Shown here: piece after piece, positions 12,720-25,568 of the stretch
Layout: every line of letters begins with the position of its first letter
Position numbering within the stretch: the first letter of the stretch is position 1
From: Paraspadella gotoi
Lineage: Eukaryota; Animalia; Chaetognatha
Assembly (NCBI GenBank): GCA_051294375.1
Contig: CM119266.1
Location: 23,198,413 to 23,262,412 of the forward strand
DNA length: 64,000 nt
Direction: 5' to 3'
Translations under genes and position numbers: made by a program
The notes under the pieces: generated by a model
What the model saw: only the letters and a program-made list of their open reading frames with translations
The model's database searches: none
Told to the model about the DNA's origin: nothing

Positions 12720-15700
12720 GGCGATTAAGAGTGAGCAATCTTCTAAAGATTTTCTTTGATTGGTCGTTCTGAGGCTGATGACGTTGACGCGATTGTCGAC
12801 GCTCTGACGCTGCTGATGTTGGCGGCGGCTGCGTCGTCGTCGTCGCCGTCGTCGTCGTTGCGGTTTCTGGCGTCGTTGTAGCACCGCCTGATGACGTTGT
12901 TGCTCCGATGTAGGCGTTGTTGGGTCGTTGGCGTTGTTGACGAGGTTCATTGAGGCTTTGGTCGGGAAAGCGCATCTGCTACTACGTTCGCATTCCCCTT
13001 TAAATATCGTACGTCAGTAGTGAATTCCGCTATAAACAGATAATTGATATGACTGCCTCATCGTTTGTGGTTCTGCCTTTCTTTTTGATAGCTGTCACTA
13101 AGCTCTGGTGATCTGTATATTAGCGTAAACGCTCTCCTTCGACCGTCAATGCCTGAAATGACAGCGGCTCTTGCTACCAAAAGCATCCTTATGCAAACGG
13201 GAGGCCATAGTTTTGGTTTTTGGCGAGTTTTGTAGAGAAAAACGCTAAGGTTAACTTAGTCCTCGCTGTTTAATACGGTCCACCGCTTGATCAGAAGCAT
13301 CAGTAAGTTATGCAAAGTTGAGCTCCGGTCCTTGGATGATGCAAATAGGCTGCTTGGATTAGGCCTCTTTATAGATTCGAAGGCTTCGTCGCCATGAATC
13401 CGTCGCCTCAAGAGTCTTTGGCTTGTCAGCGCTCAATGCTCATATAAAGGATGCAGCGATGGGCTACTCCAGCGATGAAGCGGCGATAGTAGTTACGCAT
13501 GCCGCAAAAATCGCTGCAACTCCTTTATCCGTAGTCGGGACGAGTTGTCTGTTGCAGCGTTTGGACACGTTCGGTAGAGGTGGATGGCCTGGCCCTTGAT
13601 TGACACGGCACTACCCTCTGTTTGGAATAGAATGGCGTTACGACCCCATGCTTTCGTTCTTTTACTTGCGATGTTGGAGTCGATAAGTTTTTGGGAAGGA
13701 GTCGAGAAGTTTAATAGAACTATCTCACCTCTGTCGATCACGAAGTTGACAATGGGATGTTGCTCTGTTGATGCCTGAAGCTGCGTATTGGTGGAGTAGT
13801 CCTTCAATCGAGTAACAATCCGTCGCCTCGCCCCGATGATTGGTGTGGCCAAAAAAGTTTTCTGGGCCAAAGAAGTCTGCGCCTAATATGTGCTGCTTTA
13901 CCTTCTGGCTACTACGAACCTCATATTGAAATTTGCGATTTCAAGTGCACATGTCCTCTCAACGGTCCCGAGCAATCAATAGGCGATCCGTTCGCGTGGC
14001 TTTGAGCTTCATGTTGGGGGTCAGGCCGCGTTGACGTTGAGCTCGAGTTGGCGTATGATCGAAAGCAATGCGCCTCCATCGACGCAGCCCACTTCGTTCT
14101 GTCCTTGGAGTCGCGGCATGTAGAGTAATCCGTTGAGAGTCGGTGATAGAGGTTTTGAGTGCGGGAGCTGCATTCAACCGGCGGGCGTCCCCTTCTCCCG
14201 TTTCCCTCTGCGTTTACGCTGAGTTTCCTCATACTTAGAACATTCCGAGTTCACATGTCCAGGCTTCGTCGGCCAAATTTTACTTTTTTTGGCACAATGT
14301 AACGGCTTTGGTTGTTTTTTCCCTCTGCGCTTGATGTTGCCATCTTTTTTGCCTTTGAGGTTCGTTTTGCCTGTGCGTCGCGGCATTGAATGCCTTCCTC
14401 TTTGAATTCGGGATCGATGTCCTCTTGTTGGCGCGCGTGAGACGTTGCTTATGAGTGATGATGATGACGGAGTCTTCAGATTACCCGTCGCCGTCGAAAT
14501 GTCGGTCCGCTAATTCGCATGAGTTCGGCGCCAGAGTCATCTGCCTTATCCTCTAGCTGTCTAACGCACTTCTGGCAGGTAATTCCGAGAATCTTCTCGC
14601 TTACCGGATGTGTGCGACTGGTGACGGTCTTTCGTCTCTCTTCCAGTTGCGCGAGCATCTAAGAAGGTTTAAAGGCCGTCGGTGCTCGATGGATCGAGGC
14701 AGTTTGGCGCCTGCTGGCGCCGGGTTAGCCCGTATTCCTTCCGGAGGTATGAGAGGAACTGCTGCCAAGTAAGAATCTGTTGTTTTTCGCCATAAACGAA
14801 ACTGGTTGATTTTTGGATCGACCTTTACCTTATCTTGATTTTTTCTAAATGGGCGAATTCGCGACTTCGCCGCGGTGATCCAGCACGGGTATAATGGCGG
14901 CTTCTAACACGTTTGATCCAAATCTACGATGTTTACGCGGGCATCAATCCACGGTACGATCTGGTTGCGACTCGAGGCCCTCTCGAGAGCTCGCGTCGCG
15001 GGCGGCGAGGGCCGGCACGAAGTTTGATGTTTTTCGCTCGCGGAGGTCGTTGTGCGTTCTCTCGCCGGTTGCATCTCGGCGTCGATGAAGTTGTCGCCGT
15101 TCACTTGGAAATTAAAAGCCGGGGCGCGTCGGTGAATACTGGGACACTGAGCACGAAATCGTTGTCCTCTTCCCAGCCTCGAGGGATCTGGAGGCCTTGA
15201 AGGGCGTCTCGGTGTCGTTGGCGTTGCGGTTGTGCCGACCGAAGGCGGGAGCAGGAGGTCGGAGCGCTCATGGAGATCTTCGTCCTTCTGTTCGACGCTC
15301 GAGGGCCTCGCGATGTTTTGGCGATGAAAAAGAATTGAAAAGGTGTCAGCAAGTATTGGGGAACCTTTGCTTAAACCGGTTCCAACCCAATCTTACCTCC
15401 AGGGAGAGTTAGCTGCTCCGTTCCCCTGGTCGTCTCTTCTTGAAGGTTGGTTGCGTTCGAATGGTTCGGCTCACAAGTGTGGCCGGGCATTAGGTTTTTA
15501 CACAGTACTGACTTAATCCAGGACAACTGAAATGATTTGGTTCTAAGATGTTGTTGTCCGCAGGGAAGGCAGATCATGTATGAGACTTTTAGATAAAAAT
15601 TGTTTTAATTGAAATTCTAAATTGAGATAAAACTTTTTCCTGCAGATGAATGCTATTATTTACATTTGTAGAGAATGATTAAAAACAATTGTTTATTAAT

Positions 15701-16036
15701 GTTGATGAAAACATTTAAAATTTTCAGATCTCAAGATCAGAAGCAATAAATCAGTGGAACAATCATAAAGTAAACAACTCAATTTTCAAGTTTAAGTTTG
15801 AATCAGGCGGGAAAAAGACTCTGTTGTTTGAGCTCTGATTCGATGAAAAACAAAAGGCTCTCGAAATTTGATTAAAGCTATAATAAATGAATTTCTGAGC
15901 TTCGGATTTAGGGGTTGCTTGGATACTGAGGGCCGAGAAGCCAGAAGCAGAGCCGACCTCTGTCCCCGGGTTCGCAATCCCGGAGCGGATGAATTATTTT
16001 ATAAGTATTTTAATTCGCCTGAGATGACCGCAGACA
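12720..16036 (-). mobile_element. Degenerate Ty3/Gypsy LTR retrotransposon, truncated at the gap
   Basis: Frameshifted minus-strand motifs: gag knuckle (KFG-DEAWTCE), protease VDGGALLSII and ILGADF, RT thumb IKELQRFL, RNase H TDASDQAV, and AEFTTDVRYLKGNANVVADALSRP. Putative 5' LTR TGT(16036)...CCACA(15478) followed by PBS-like CTTGTGAGCCGA. Confidence 0.85.
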
Positions 16037-16600
16037 TAATTCTCGTTTTTTCTGAAATAAAAGAATAAAAGAAATAAAAGAAATAAAAGAAAGGCAAAAA
16101 ATGTTACAATGTTTACAATTTGAAATTTTTTCAATTTTTTCAATCGCAGCTGTAAAAGATTTTATTTTTATTTGTATTAAAATTAAGATATAGCTTCTCA
16201 TTAAAAAGTTATTTTGAGTTCCCATTTTTATTAGAGATTTAAAAAAATTTTTTTTGAATTTCATCTTCAATATTATATACTGCAATATGTAAATTAGATT
16301 AAAGCATTTCTATATACTAATTTGGATATGATAATGAGTACTATAATCTCATTTGCATATTGCAGTAAATCATAATGAAGTAGAAATTCAAACAAAAAAT
16401 ACTTAAATCCAAATGTAATAAGAAAATATCAAAGCTATTTCAAGATGAGAAGCCATATCTAAATTTTTAACTTACTATGAATGCACACTTTGTAAAACTT
16501 TATCATAATTCATAATAATTTTTATTTAAAAAAAAACGGTAAGTCACAGCCAAACCTATAAAAGCGTAGTAGTTTTTATATAAGAAAAACAGCGTGACGA

Positions 16601-16636
<36 letters not shown>

Positions 16637-16716
16637 AAGAGACCGCGTCACAAAGAAGCTCACCCGCAATGAATATCAAGCCTGAACCGGCTTCGCCGGT
16701 CATGGCTTGATAAAAA
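16037..16716 (-). mobile_element. DINE-1/Helentron-like family B copy
   Basis: Inverted near-identical copy of 649-1270, including the hairpin and (GAC)n. Confidence 0.65.
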
Positions 16717-17131
16717 TGATGACCGCCCGTCTATCTCAGTCGTTCGCTCGTCACAATTCTTCACCTTTTTTCCTACCTTTATTTTCTCGCATTTTCGTCT
16801 TCTACAATGGGTAGAAAAGTGTGTGATAAAGCGAGATATAAAGTTTTGATGCAATCGTGTCTAAAAAGCTCCCCGACGGCCACACAACGCCGCTCCAGCC
16901 ACAGTACGTCGTGCGTGAACGACTGATCGTGGAGCCAAAACTCGTAATTCCGGGTCGCGGCGTCTGAAACCCGCCATCACTGATGAGGTCGCGCCTCCAG
17001 ATCCGCCCACAGCGCGCCCTGTTGGCTTCTATATTATACAAAATTCTATTTTGTTAACATCAATGAATTTTTTGAATCCCCCCAAAAAATTAAAAGCGAA
17101 CCAACTGGTTTATATAATTTAATTATAACGC

Positions 17132-17369
17132 TATGGCGGACTAAAATCCACCAACCGTTCATCAGCGTCCATTGGTGCCGGAGGCAAGTCATTCGCCTCC
17201 CAACCCAAAGCTCCTGGGTTCTAGCACGGTGGTCGCCTAGCAGTTAAGAGGGACGGGGTGCTTAACCCGCCTGTAACACGGTGTTACAGCCTGATCCGTT
17301 CAGTGACTGCTTAATGCTTATATTGAACGGTTCTGTCACTAACACATAACAATAATTACTGTCTCTTCT
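17132..17369 (+). mobile_element. Solo LTR of the tRNA-containing TRIM
   Basis: Full-length match to the TRIM LTR, flanked by ACGC on both sides (17128-17131, 17370-17373). Confidence 0.8.
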
Positions 17370-17373
17370 ACGC

Positions 17374-17610
17374 GATTTTTCTGAAAGTCATTTGGCCGAG
17401 CTCTTAATGCGCCGGACTTCGACGATAGGAAAAGATTTCACGTTCAAATGTGGTTGAAGTACTTTTTTACAAGAAGTTCTAATTTTAAAAAAGTGGTCGA
17501 ATAGCAATGGCTTACTGAAGGGGGAGTAGCCATATGCGTACTCGATAACAAGATAAAAACTCGCTTGACGGATGCTATTGTACACGATTATAAGTTTTTA
17601 GAGTCCTATG
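17374..17610 (+). pseudogene. Decayed LINE APE-endonuclease fragment
   Basis: FSESHL (ETWL-like) and WLTEGGVAICVLD (GGVAI motif) in broken frames. Confidence 0.45.
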
Positions 17611-18001
17611 CAAAAAAGAAGATACTGAAGACGCCGATTTGACATTGTATATATAATATTATATATATTTGTACATTTTTTATTTGTCGGCTCCTTTGTC
17701 ATTGCCTTCATCGCTATCATTGTTTATATTTTTCGCTATCCCCTCGCGACGCGAGATATTATTTTTTGTCGGTTTTGGCCTTTCTCGAGATGATGCCATT
17801 TTCGTAGGTATTACGTTATCCCCCTTGTCGGTATCGTTCGAACTTAAATCTTACACCCCTAATTGATTAGACGAGAATCTCCATTTTAAGAGGAAAGGTC
17901 ATTCAACTTAACAATACGTAATCTTTGATGTATTAAAGCTAATACATCTAGAAATACATTGTAATCACTAGTAATCACGAAAAAAAAGTTTTTATTTATA
18001 T

Positions 18002-19239
18002 TAGGATGCCGCTATAGAAAAAGAGGCCAGTGGCTTTTTTCTTATATTTTTATATCGATAGATATGGAATGACGGGAATATTGTAAATCTCAAGTTTCGC
18101 TTTAATCGGACCTCACATTGTGGATAAATCTTAGGAAACCCATCAAAATTCCACCCCTTTTTTTCAATATTTTTGCCTTATAAACTTATAATTCCGCTAG
18201 TTAATTTTTTTTTCCTTTAACGAGCGAAAGGAATCCACAACTTTCTAATATTTTCTAATTTCTAGATAAAAAAATATAATACATTACATTAAAATTTGGA
18301 TATTGTAAAAGTGTAAAGTCTTGTGAAGCCTGTGAAAATTGAGTAATTAAAAATTTTGCCTATTTTATTATTGAAAACTAACATTAAAGTGAAGAAGTTA
18401 AACATCTTCTGGCTCCTTTCAGTAAACGTCCCTGTTCTCTAAGATAAGATAATGTTTACTTTTTGCTGGTGGAAAAGAAATATAAATACTTAGACTGTGA
18501 TGGGGTGAATAATATTTTGTAAAAATTTTGTAAGCATGCTTGTAAAATCAGACAAGCAATTATTTAAGTGACAAAAAATTTACATTTTCTTTATCCAAAA
18601 AACTTTTAAGTTTTACTAGAGTACTATTTAGCCTTTTTTCTTTCAGAATCATTAAAAACTTAAAAAGAATTTCATTTTCATTTATTCTTAAGAGGTGTCA
18701 ATAGTTTTAAAATTCATTATAATTTTGACTTAGTTTGACACTCATCCTGTAAAGAGATTTCAGCAAAAGTAATTCTAAAATTGTATCTTGTATGTGCCCT
18801 ATGATTATGGCTTCATTTTGGTACAATTGCCATCCCTTTATCTGTGTTCCTTCAAAAGATATTAGGAAAAATAATTTTTTTCTCTCAATCTTCTTTTTAA
18901 TTTTTTTTTAAATAAAAAATTTGCGATAAAAACTGGACCAATTCACTTTATCATGTTGGTTTAATGTGAAAAAATTGGTCAATAATAAAAAGAAAAATAG
19001 AATAAGCTCTAGGGACATAAGGCTTTTGGAATCTCATAATTTGAAGTGTCATTTATTATCCCGTTAATAATTTTAAAAAAGTGAAAATGCCCTTTCATTT
19101 CTATAGTAAAAATAAGGTATGGAAATCCTTCGGAGATGAGTAGTCCATTTCCCCTGGCTTGTTTGATAGTAAAATCTTTATCAAATGCCACAAGAAGAAA
19201 GGAACGAGCTCTTGAGATGCAAAGCTATCGGAATCGTAT
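18002..19239 (+). repeat. Interspersed repeat with an inverted copy at 58750-59887 plus 60607-60765; continues at ~22200-22345
   Basis: More than 1 kb of clear inverted homology, e.g. GGAAATCC/AGTCCATTTCCCCTGGCTTGTTTGATAG. Confidence 0.7.
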
Positions 19240-19369
19240 CTTTTTATCGAGCCTTGACCGGCGAAGCCCGGGTCAAGGCTCTAAATGTTTTAGGGTTACT
19301 TCTTTGTGACGTAAGTCGTCGTCGTCGTCGTCGTCCGTCACGCTGTTTTTTTTATATGCTGGCTTCCAG

Positions 19370-19411
<42 letters not shown>

Positions 19412-19419
19412 CTCTCTCG

Positions 19420-19462
<43 letters not shown>

Positions 19463-19822
19463 CTCTCTCTCCATAATATAATTGCATACATCACAATATT
19501 AAAAAAAAAATTTGTTTTTATTTATTATTGCAACTTTGGACCGGTTGGCCCACTATTGGCAAATTATATCTAAAAATAGGAGTTGATAAGAGAGATATAG
19601 TCAAATTAAACATTACTTTTTTTGTTATTCTGATAATTTGTACTATTATTAAATTATAAATATTTTTAGTGTATATATTTAATCAATTTTTAACTTTTTT
19701 TAATAAATAATTATTTTAGTTGTGATAACTATTTATAAATTAATTAAATATGCAAATATTAATTTTGACTCGGTCTGGTTTCTTCCTAAAAAAAGAACAA
19801 TCTTTTTCTCTCTATCTCTCTT

Positions 19823-19880
<58 letters not shown>

Positions 19881-20981
19881 TTTTTTTTCCTTCTAAAAAC
19901 TTTTATTATCGCCATTTATTCGCGAGATTTTCGTGGATTTTTTCCTTCTAAAAACTTTTTATTACCGCCATTTATTATTTATCTCAATACAAAATCCAAA
20001 ATACAATAACTTACTTAACCTAAGATTTCGTGGTCGTTGCGGAGCAACAAGTAAACAATGTCGAGGAACATGACCTAATAACGCGTTACGTGTATAAAAA
20101 AAAATCAACATGACCGCAATTCAACGACGCCGTTGCGAGCACCGGATAACCGATATAAACGAGAGTGACCTAATAATGCGTCTCGTTTGGTGGGAAAAAC
20201 TCTTCTTCTCTTCTCTTTCTCACTCTCCCTCTAGGACTCAAGCTCTGACTGAAAAAAGTCAGAGGTTATTTTAATAATATTCTTTTGACCGGAGCAATGG
20301 AGATTTGATCGGAAACAATATTGCTATTGTTAAGTTTCAAATCACCTAAATATAGAAAATATTAACAAAATCTATCGATCCACCCATATATATCATGGAA
20401 GATTTCGCATATAAGAATTTTTTCCGACTGACTCCCGTCGGTTGAAAATCCTCTTAGAATTCCGATCGTTAGCCTCCTCTTTATTTTACTTTAAAATTTA
20501 AAAATTTCACCAAAAGACTAATATCACTTTCCAAGATCGTATCAATGTTAAAAATACACGCAAATAAAATATGAAAGAAAAATTTTTGAGAGCCCTTTCA
20601 GACAATATGCTAATCGATTCCTGAATTTGAAGTTTATTTGTAAACATGACAACATACCTTAAATGCGTTGACATTGTATTGAAGTTGAGAAATCCCCTTT
20701 ATTTTATATATAAAATTGCGCAAAAATATTTTCCCGACTGACCAGTCTATTTGAATCTGATGTTTGAATGTCAAAATGCATGGTTAATGTCCAAGAGAAA
20801 AAAAATGAGAAGCCCTTGAGAATGTAACAGCCATCGGAATCGAGTGTTTTACATCTATTTTACTTGAATTTTTCCCAGGGGCGTTTGACATTATTTGTAA
20901 GTCAGATTTTAATGAAAATCTCCAATTGAAAAAGTCTTCCTCGATTTCCTAAGAACGACGTAGAACTCCTACTCCCTCCCT

Positions 20982-21046
<65 letters not shown>

Positions 21047-21319
21047 TATCTCCTTTTTTTTTTACAAAAAAAATTGTTATTCAGTTTTTTTTTTGCTTTT
21101 ATTTTTTGAATCAGCAGGGCGCGAACCCGAGTCCTTTGATTGGGAGGTGCTCGGGCTACCTCGCGAGGCTCCCGGACGAGTTCAGCTTCTCTATCTCTCT
21201 TTTAATTATATGTTGCTCTCTCTCTCTCTCTTTTTCTCCGTCGCTGTTGCTTCTGATTCTGATTGTGACGTCGTTGTCGTCGTCGTCGTTGTCGTTGGCA
21301 TCAACACTTTTGATCTTGC

Positions 21320-21705
21320 CAACTTGCATACTTTTTTAAACAAACTTGCATAATTTTTTAACTTGCATAATTTTTTAACTTGCATAATTTTTTAACTTGC
21401 ATAATTTTTTAACTTGCACTAATTTTTAACTTGCCATAATTTTTTCAACTTGCTTAATTTTTTCAACGCGCATATTTTTTTCAATTTGCATAATTTTTTG
21501 CAACTTGCATTATTTTCAACTTGCATAATTTTTTCAACTTGTATACTTTTTTCAATTTGTATAATTTTTTTAACTTGCATAATTTTTCAACTCGCAATAA
21601 TTTTTTCAATTTGCATAATTTTTTAACATTGCACAAATTTTTTTCAAACATTGCAATAATTTTTTTCAACTTGCATAATTTTTTCAACTTGCATAAATTT
21701 TTTTA
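21320..21705. repeat. 17-18-bp minisatellite (TTTTTCAACTTGCATAAT)n; also 12510-12603, 23440-23820, 63310-63715
   Basis: Direct tandem repeats; these produce the spurious NLHNFF / KLKKLC ORFs. Confidence 0.9.
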
Positions 21706-22349
21706 TGAAATTGGTACAAAACCAATATAAAAATTATCCATTCATTTAATAAATAAGCTATCTTGCCCCTGACTTTGGACAGGCTTTGGTGGTTTAAGGC
21801 CTCCATCACTGTTACAAGATAATGACATAGCAGGTCCATGCAAGCTTTCAATCAAGACTCTCTCAAAGTCTCGTTTATTCACTCCCAGAAGTACCTGGCT
21901 TTTCTATCAATGAAGTGGAAAATATTTCAAAGAACGTTTCAATTGTATGAAAAGACCACTCCCTAAGTATTAGTATTTTTTTTATACTTGCATAATTTTT
22001 TTAACTTGCAGCATTTTTTCGACTTTTAACTATCTAGTTATCGAGTTTCATTAGTGAGGCAGTGAGGAAGTTGAAATGTGTGTCCATTTTCTTGTTTCAT
22101 ATCGATTAAAATATTTTTGTTTGAATTTCCATTTAATTATGATTTACTGCAATATGTAAATTAGATTATGGTAATTTTTCTTTGATAGTAAAAAATGGCG
22201 AGATCACTATACTTTTAAGATTTTACAACTGTTTCATACCCGAATTTCTTGCAGGCTCGTTTGTAAAGTTGGGCAGTTCAGATTCGAACGGAAATCTCTA
22301 TTATCAGAAAAATGTTGAATTTTTTTTAAGCAAGATTTTTGCCTATTTA

Positions 22350-23348
22350 TATGTAAACATTCTGTTTTAAATATTTTTTTAAATCAATAAATAACAAAAT
22401 TGTTAAAATAAATCGGTAAGCACATTTTTTAAAAATTTGTTTTTTAATCTGGTTGTTAAAAAATTCTCGGTAAGAAGTGAAAACACAGTAAAGGCAAATT
22501 TAGAAGGGGAGAGTAAAACAATTAATCTTGTTACTCTGTTGGTTTTCCAGTCTTGAAAAAAACCTTTAGTTAAATAGATGATAAAGAAATTCGATCTACA
22601 CTGAATCTACACAGAATTTAAAGAGTTGCAGCCTAAACGATTGCAATAATATTGATTTAAAAATTTGATTAGCAATCTATAAAACATTTGTGAAAATGTA
22701 ATAGAGAGACATTTCGATAAACGTGTTCCAGTTAGTAAGAATTCAGGGTTAAAGTTATTAGAAAAGTTTGAAATGAATTTTCAACAACGATTTTATTTTT
22801 AATATTAAAAATAAAATCGTTGTTGAAAATTCATTTCAAACTTTTCTAATAATTATTACACAACGAAAAGAAAGGATTATACCACAAGGGTTAAAGTTAT
22901 AATGTGGTATTCCTTTCTTTTCGTTGTTTAGGTGTTTTAGTGAAAACAAAGTTTAGAGTTTGTATTACAACGATTTTTTATTTAATTTAATCAGACATGT
23001 TTCAACTCTTGTTCAAAACACTGATGAAGGCTCGAACAAGAGTTGAAACATGTCTGATTAAATTAAATAAAAAATCGTTGTAATACAAACTCTAAACTTT
23101 GTTTTCACTAAAAGGGTTAAAGTTTAAAAACGTTTCATTTTCAAGGATACAAGTTGAAATTTAAAAATGTCTCTCTATTACATTTATCTAATTCACTAAT
23201 ATTAAATTCATAAAAATATTAGATGGATTGGCCTTTTTGTTTGACCTGCACCTCTTCAGATAGGTTTTCGGAATCGCCAGGAGCTCAGCTTTTTGAATCT
23301 GTACTTCATTTTTGCCTATTTTCAAGTTGATTTGAATGACCTTTTTTC
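22350..23348 (-). mobile_element. Kolobok-like element copy carrying Penelope-like micro-insertions
   Basis: Reverse complement of 44392-45100, ending TGAATGACCTTTTTTC + TTAA. Confidence 0.7.
23019..23056 (+). ncRNA. Minimal type I hammerhead ribozyme motif (Penelope pLTR type)
   Basis: CA-CTGATGA-AGGCTC gaacaa GAGTT-GAAA-CATGTC-TG: complete catalytic core, stem II, palindromic ACATGT stem III and a GUC cleavage triplet. Confidence 0.75.
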
Positions 23349-23351
23349 TTA

Positions 23352-24905
23352 ACAAGTTTGAGCAAACAATGTCGGATCTGCCTACAATAATTAAGCGGTA
23401 ATCTGCTAATCAGATGATAAATCACAATATTTTTTTAAATTTTTTTAGCTCGCATCATTTTTTTAACTCGCATTCATTTTTTGAACTCGTATAATTTTTC
23501 CACGCACATAATTTTTCAACTCATCATTTTTTCAATTTACATCATTTTACAATTTGCATCATTTTTTTTAACTCGCATCATTTTTTCAACTCGCATCATT
23601 TTTTCCACGAACATAATTTTTCAACTCATCATTTTTTCAATTTACATCATTTTTACAATTCGCATCATTTTTTTTTAACTTGCATCATTTTTTCAACTTG
23701 CATCATTTTTTCAACTTGCATCATTTTTTAACTTGCATAATTTCTTCAACTTGCATAATTTTTTCAACTTGCATAATTTTTTCAACTTGCATAATTTTGT
23801 AAATTGTATCATTTTTTCAAATTAATTAATTAATTAATTAAAACATTTATTAAATCATAAATAAAAAAGATTCAAGAAAATGTGAATTATGTTTTTTCCA
23901 TTTAAACTGATTTCCACAGGCACAATTCCGTCAAAACTTTATATCTAGCTTCTTCACACACTTTCCTTTTCAATCTATTAATTCAATTATGATTAATTCG
24001 AGTAATTATGGGTTAAAATAAGTAACATTGCAGGACTAACAAGAATCGTGAAAACAAAAAAGATTCAAGTAAATGTGACTCATATTTTTTTCATTTAAAC
24101 TCATTTCCACTCGTAACGAAACTTTATATCAAGCTTCATCACACACTTTCCTACCCACACACAAAATTTGTACTCAATCTATCCATCTAATTATGATTAA
24201 TTAGAGTATTTATTGGTTAAAATAAGTAAAAAGATTTTAGTAAATGCCACTTATGTTTTTTCCATTTAAACTTATTTCCATCACACGATTCCATCTAAAA
24301 ACTTTATATCCAGCTTTATCGCACACTTTCCTACCCACACATAAAATTTCATTCCAATCCAACCAGTTAATCACGAGTTATTGGAGCTTTTGGCTAAGGT
24401 AGGACGGATGGACGGATTGATTGACTGATTAATGAATTATTGATTAATTAATTAACTAATTGATTAATTAACTGATTAATTATTTAATTTATTAATACAT
24501 CCTGTATATACATTTAATATAAAAAGAAAAGGAAGCATAATCAATTTGTGAAACAGGTTTTTTGTTTTTTTCCATTTAAACTCATTTCCACTCAAACGAT
24601 TCCATCGAAACTTGGTTTCCTGTTCAATCACACACTTTTCTACTCACATACAAAATTCCAGGACAATCGCCGCATTCACTCATGAGCAATTGGTGTGCAA
24701 ATAGTGAAATATAATGTTTTGTTTTTTCCATTTAAACTCATTTCCACTCGGACGATTCCATTGAAACTTCATATACAGCTCAATCACACACTTTCCTACC
24801 CACACACAAAATTTCATTCCAATCCATCCATCCAATCACGAGTAATTGGTGTTTTTTGCTAAGGTGGGACGGACAGACGGATGGACGAACAGACAGACGG
24901 ACGGA
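23352..24905 (-). mobile_element. DINE-1/Helentron-like family A element, 5'-truncated
   Basis: AACAAGTTTGAGCAAACAATGTCGGATCTGCCTAC terminus, minisatellite, subrepeats and (GGAC)n. Confidence 0.7.
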
Positions 24906-25354
24906 CATCAAGAAAGTTTACAAACTTAAAATTGCAAACGGGATTGCTATATTATTCTGTTATATGAGAGACTTCGATTTTTGGTATATGAATTAAGATT
25001 CATCCCTGAATCTATCCTAATGGAGATAATGTAATAATCATTTAACATGAGAATGAGAAAAGGCAAAGATTTTTAATGGAAATGGTTTAACTCAAAAAGA
25101 AATAAAAAAGAACCGGTTATTAGTATAAATAAAAAGTGTAGATAGAAAAATAATACAAAAGAGGGAGACATTTTTTTTGGACAACTCATTTTTTTTACTT
25201 AGAACTCTTGTAATTTTTATCGTACATATGAGACACAGCTCATATGAATCACAAGAGGCTAAAGTTTTTCGATATCTAAATTTTATTTTTTGATTCTTAC
25301 ATTACAATACCGAAAAATAGCTGAAAACCGCAACAATTTTTTTTTCCATTATGG

Positions 25355-25568
25355 TATGGTGGACACCAGCGGCCATTGGTACAGGAGGCAAGTCATTCGC
25401 CTCCCAACCGAAACGTCCAGGGTTCTAGACCGCTAGTCGCCTAGCAGTTAAGAGCGATGGAGCGTTTCAACCGCCTTTAACACGGTATTACAGCCTGATC
25501 CAAAGCTCAGGGACTGCTTATATTGAACGGTTCTGTCATTAATTCATAACAATTATTACTGTCTCTTT
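25355..25568 (+). mobile_element. Solo LTR of the tRNA-containing TRIM (small internal deletion)
   Basis: TATGGTGGAC...GTCTCTTT, flanked by ATGG on both sides. Confidence 0.75.

Noticed and set aside
16950-16996. Hammerhead ribozyme (GAAAC...CTGATGAG)
   Set aside because: Only 10 nt lie between GAAA and CTGATGA, too short to form stems III and I.
21110-21190. tRNA/SINE head on the minus strand (CTCCCAA loop, GGGTTCGCGCCC)
   Set aside because: A single degenerate copy without an acceptor stem; too weak to call.
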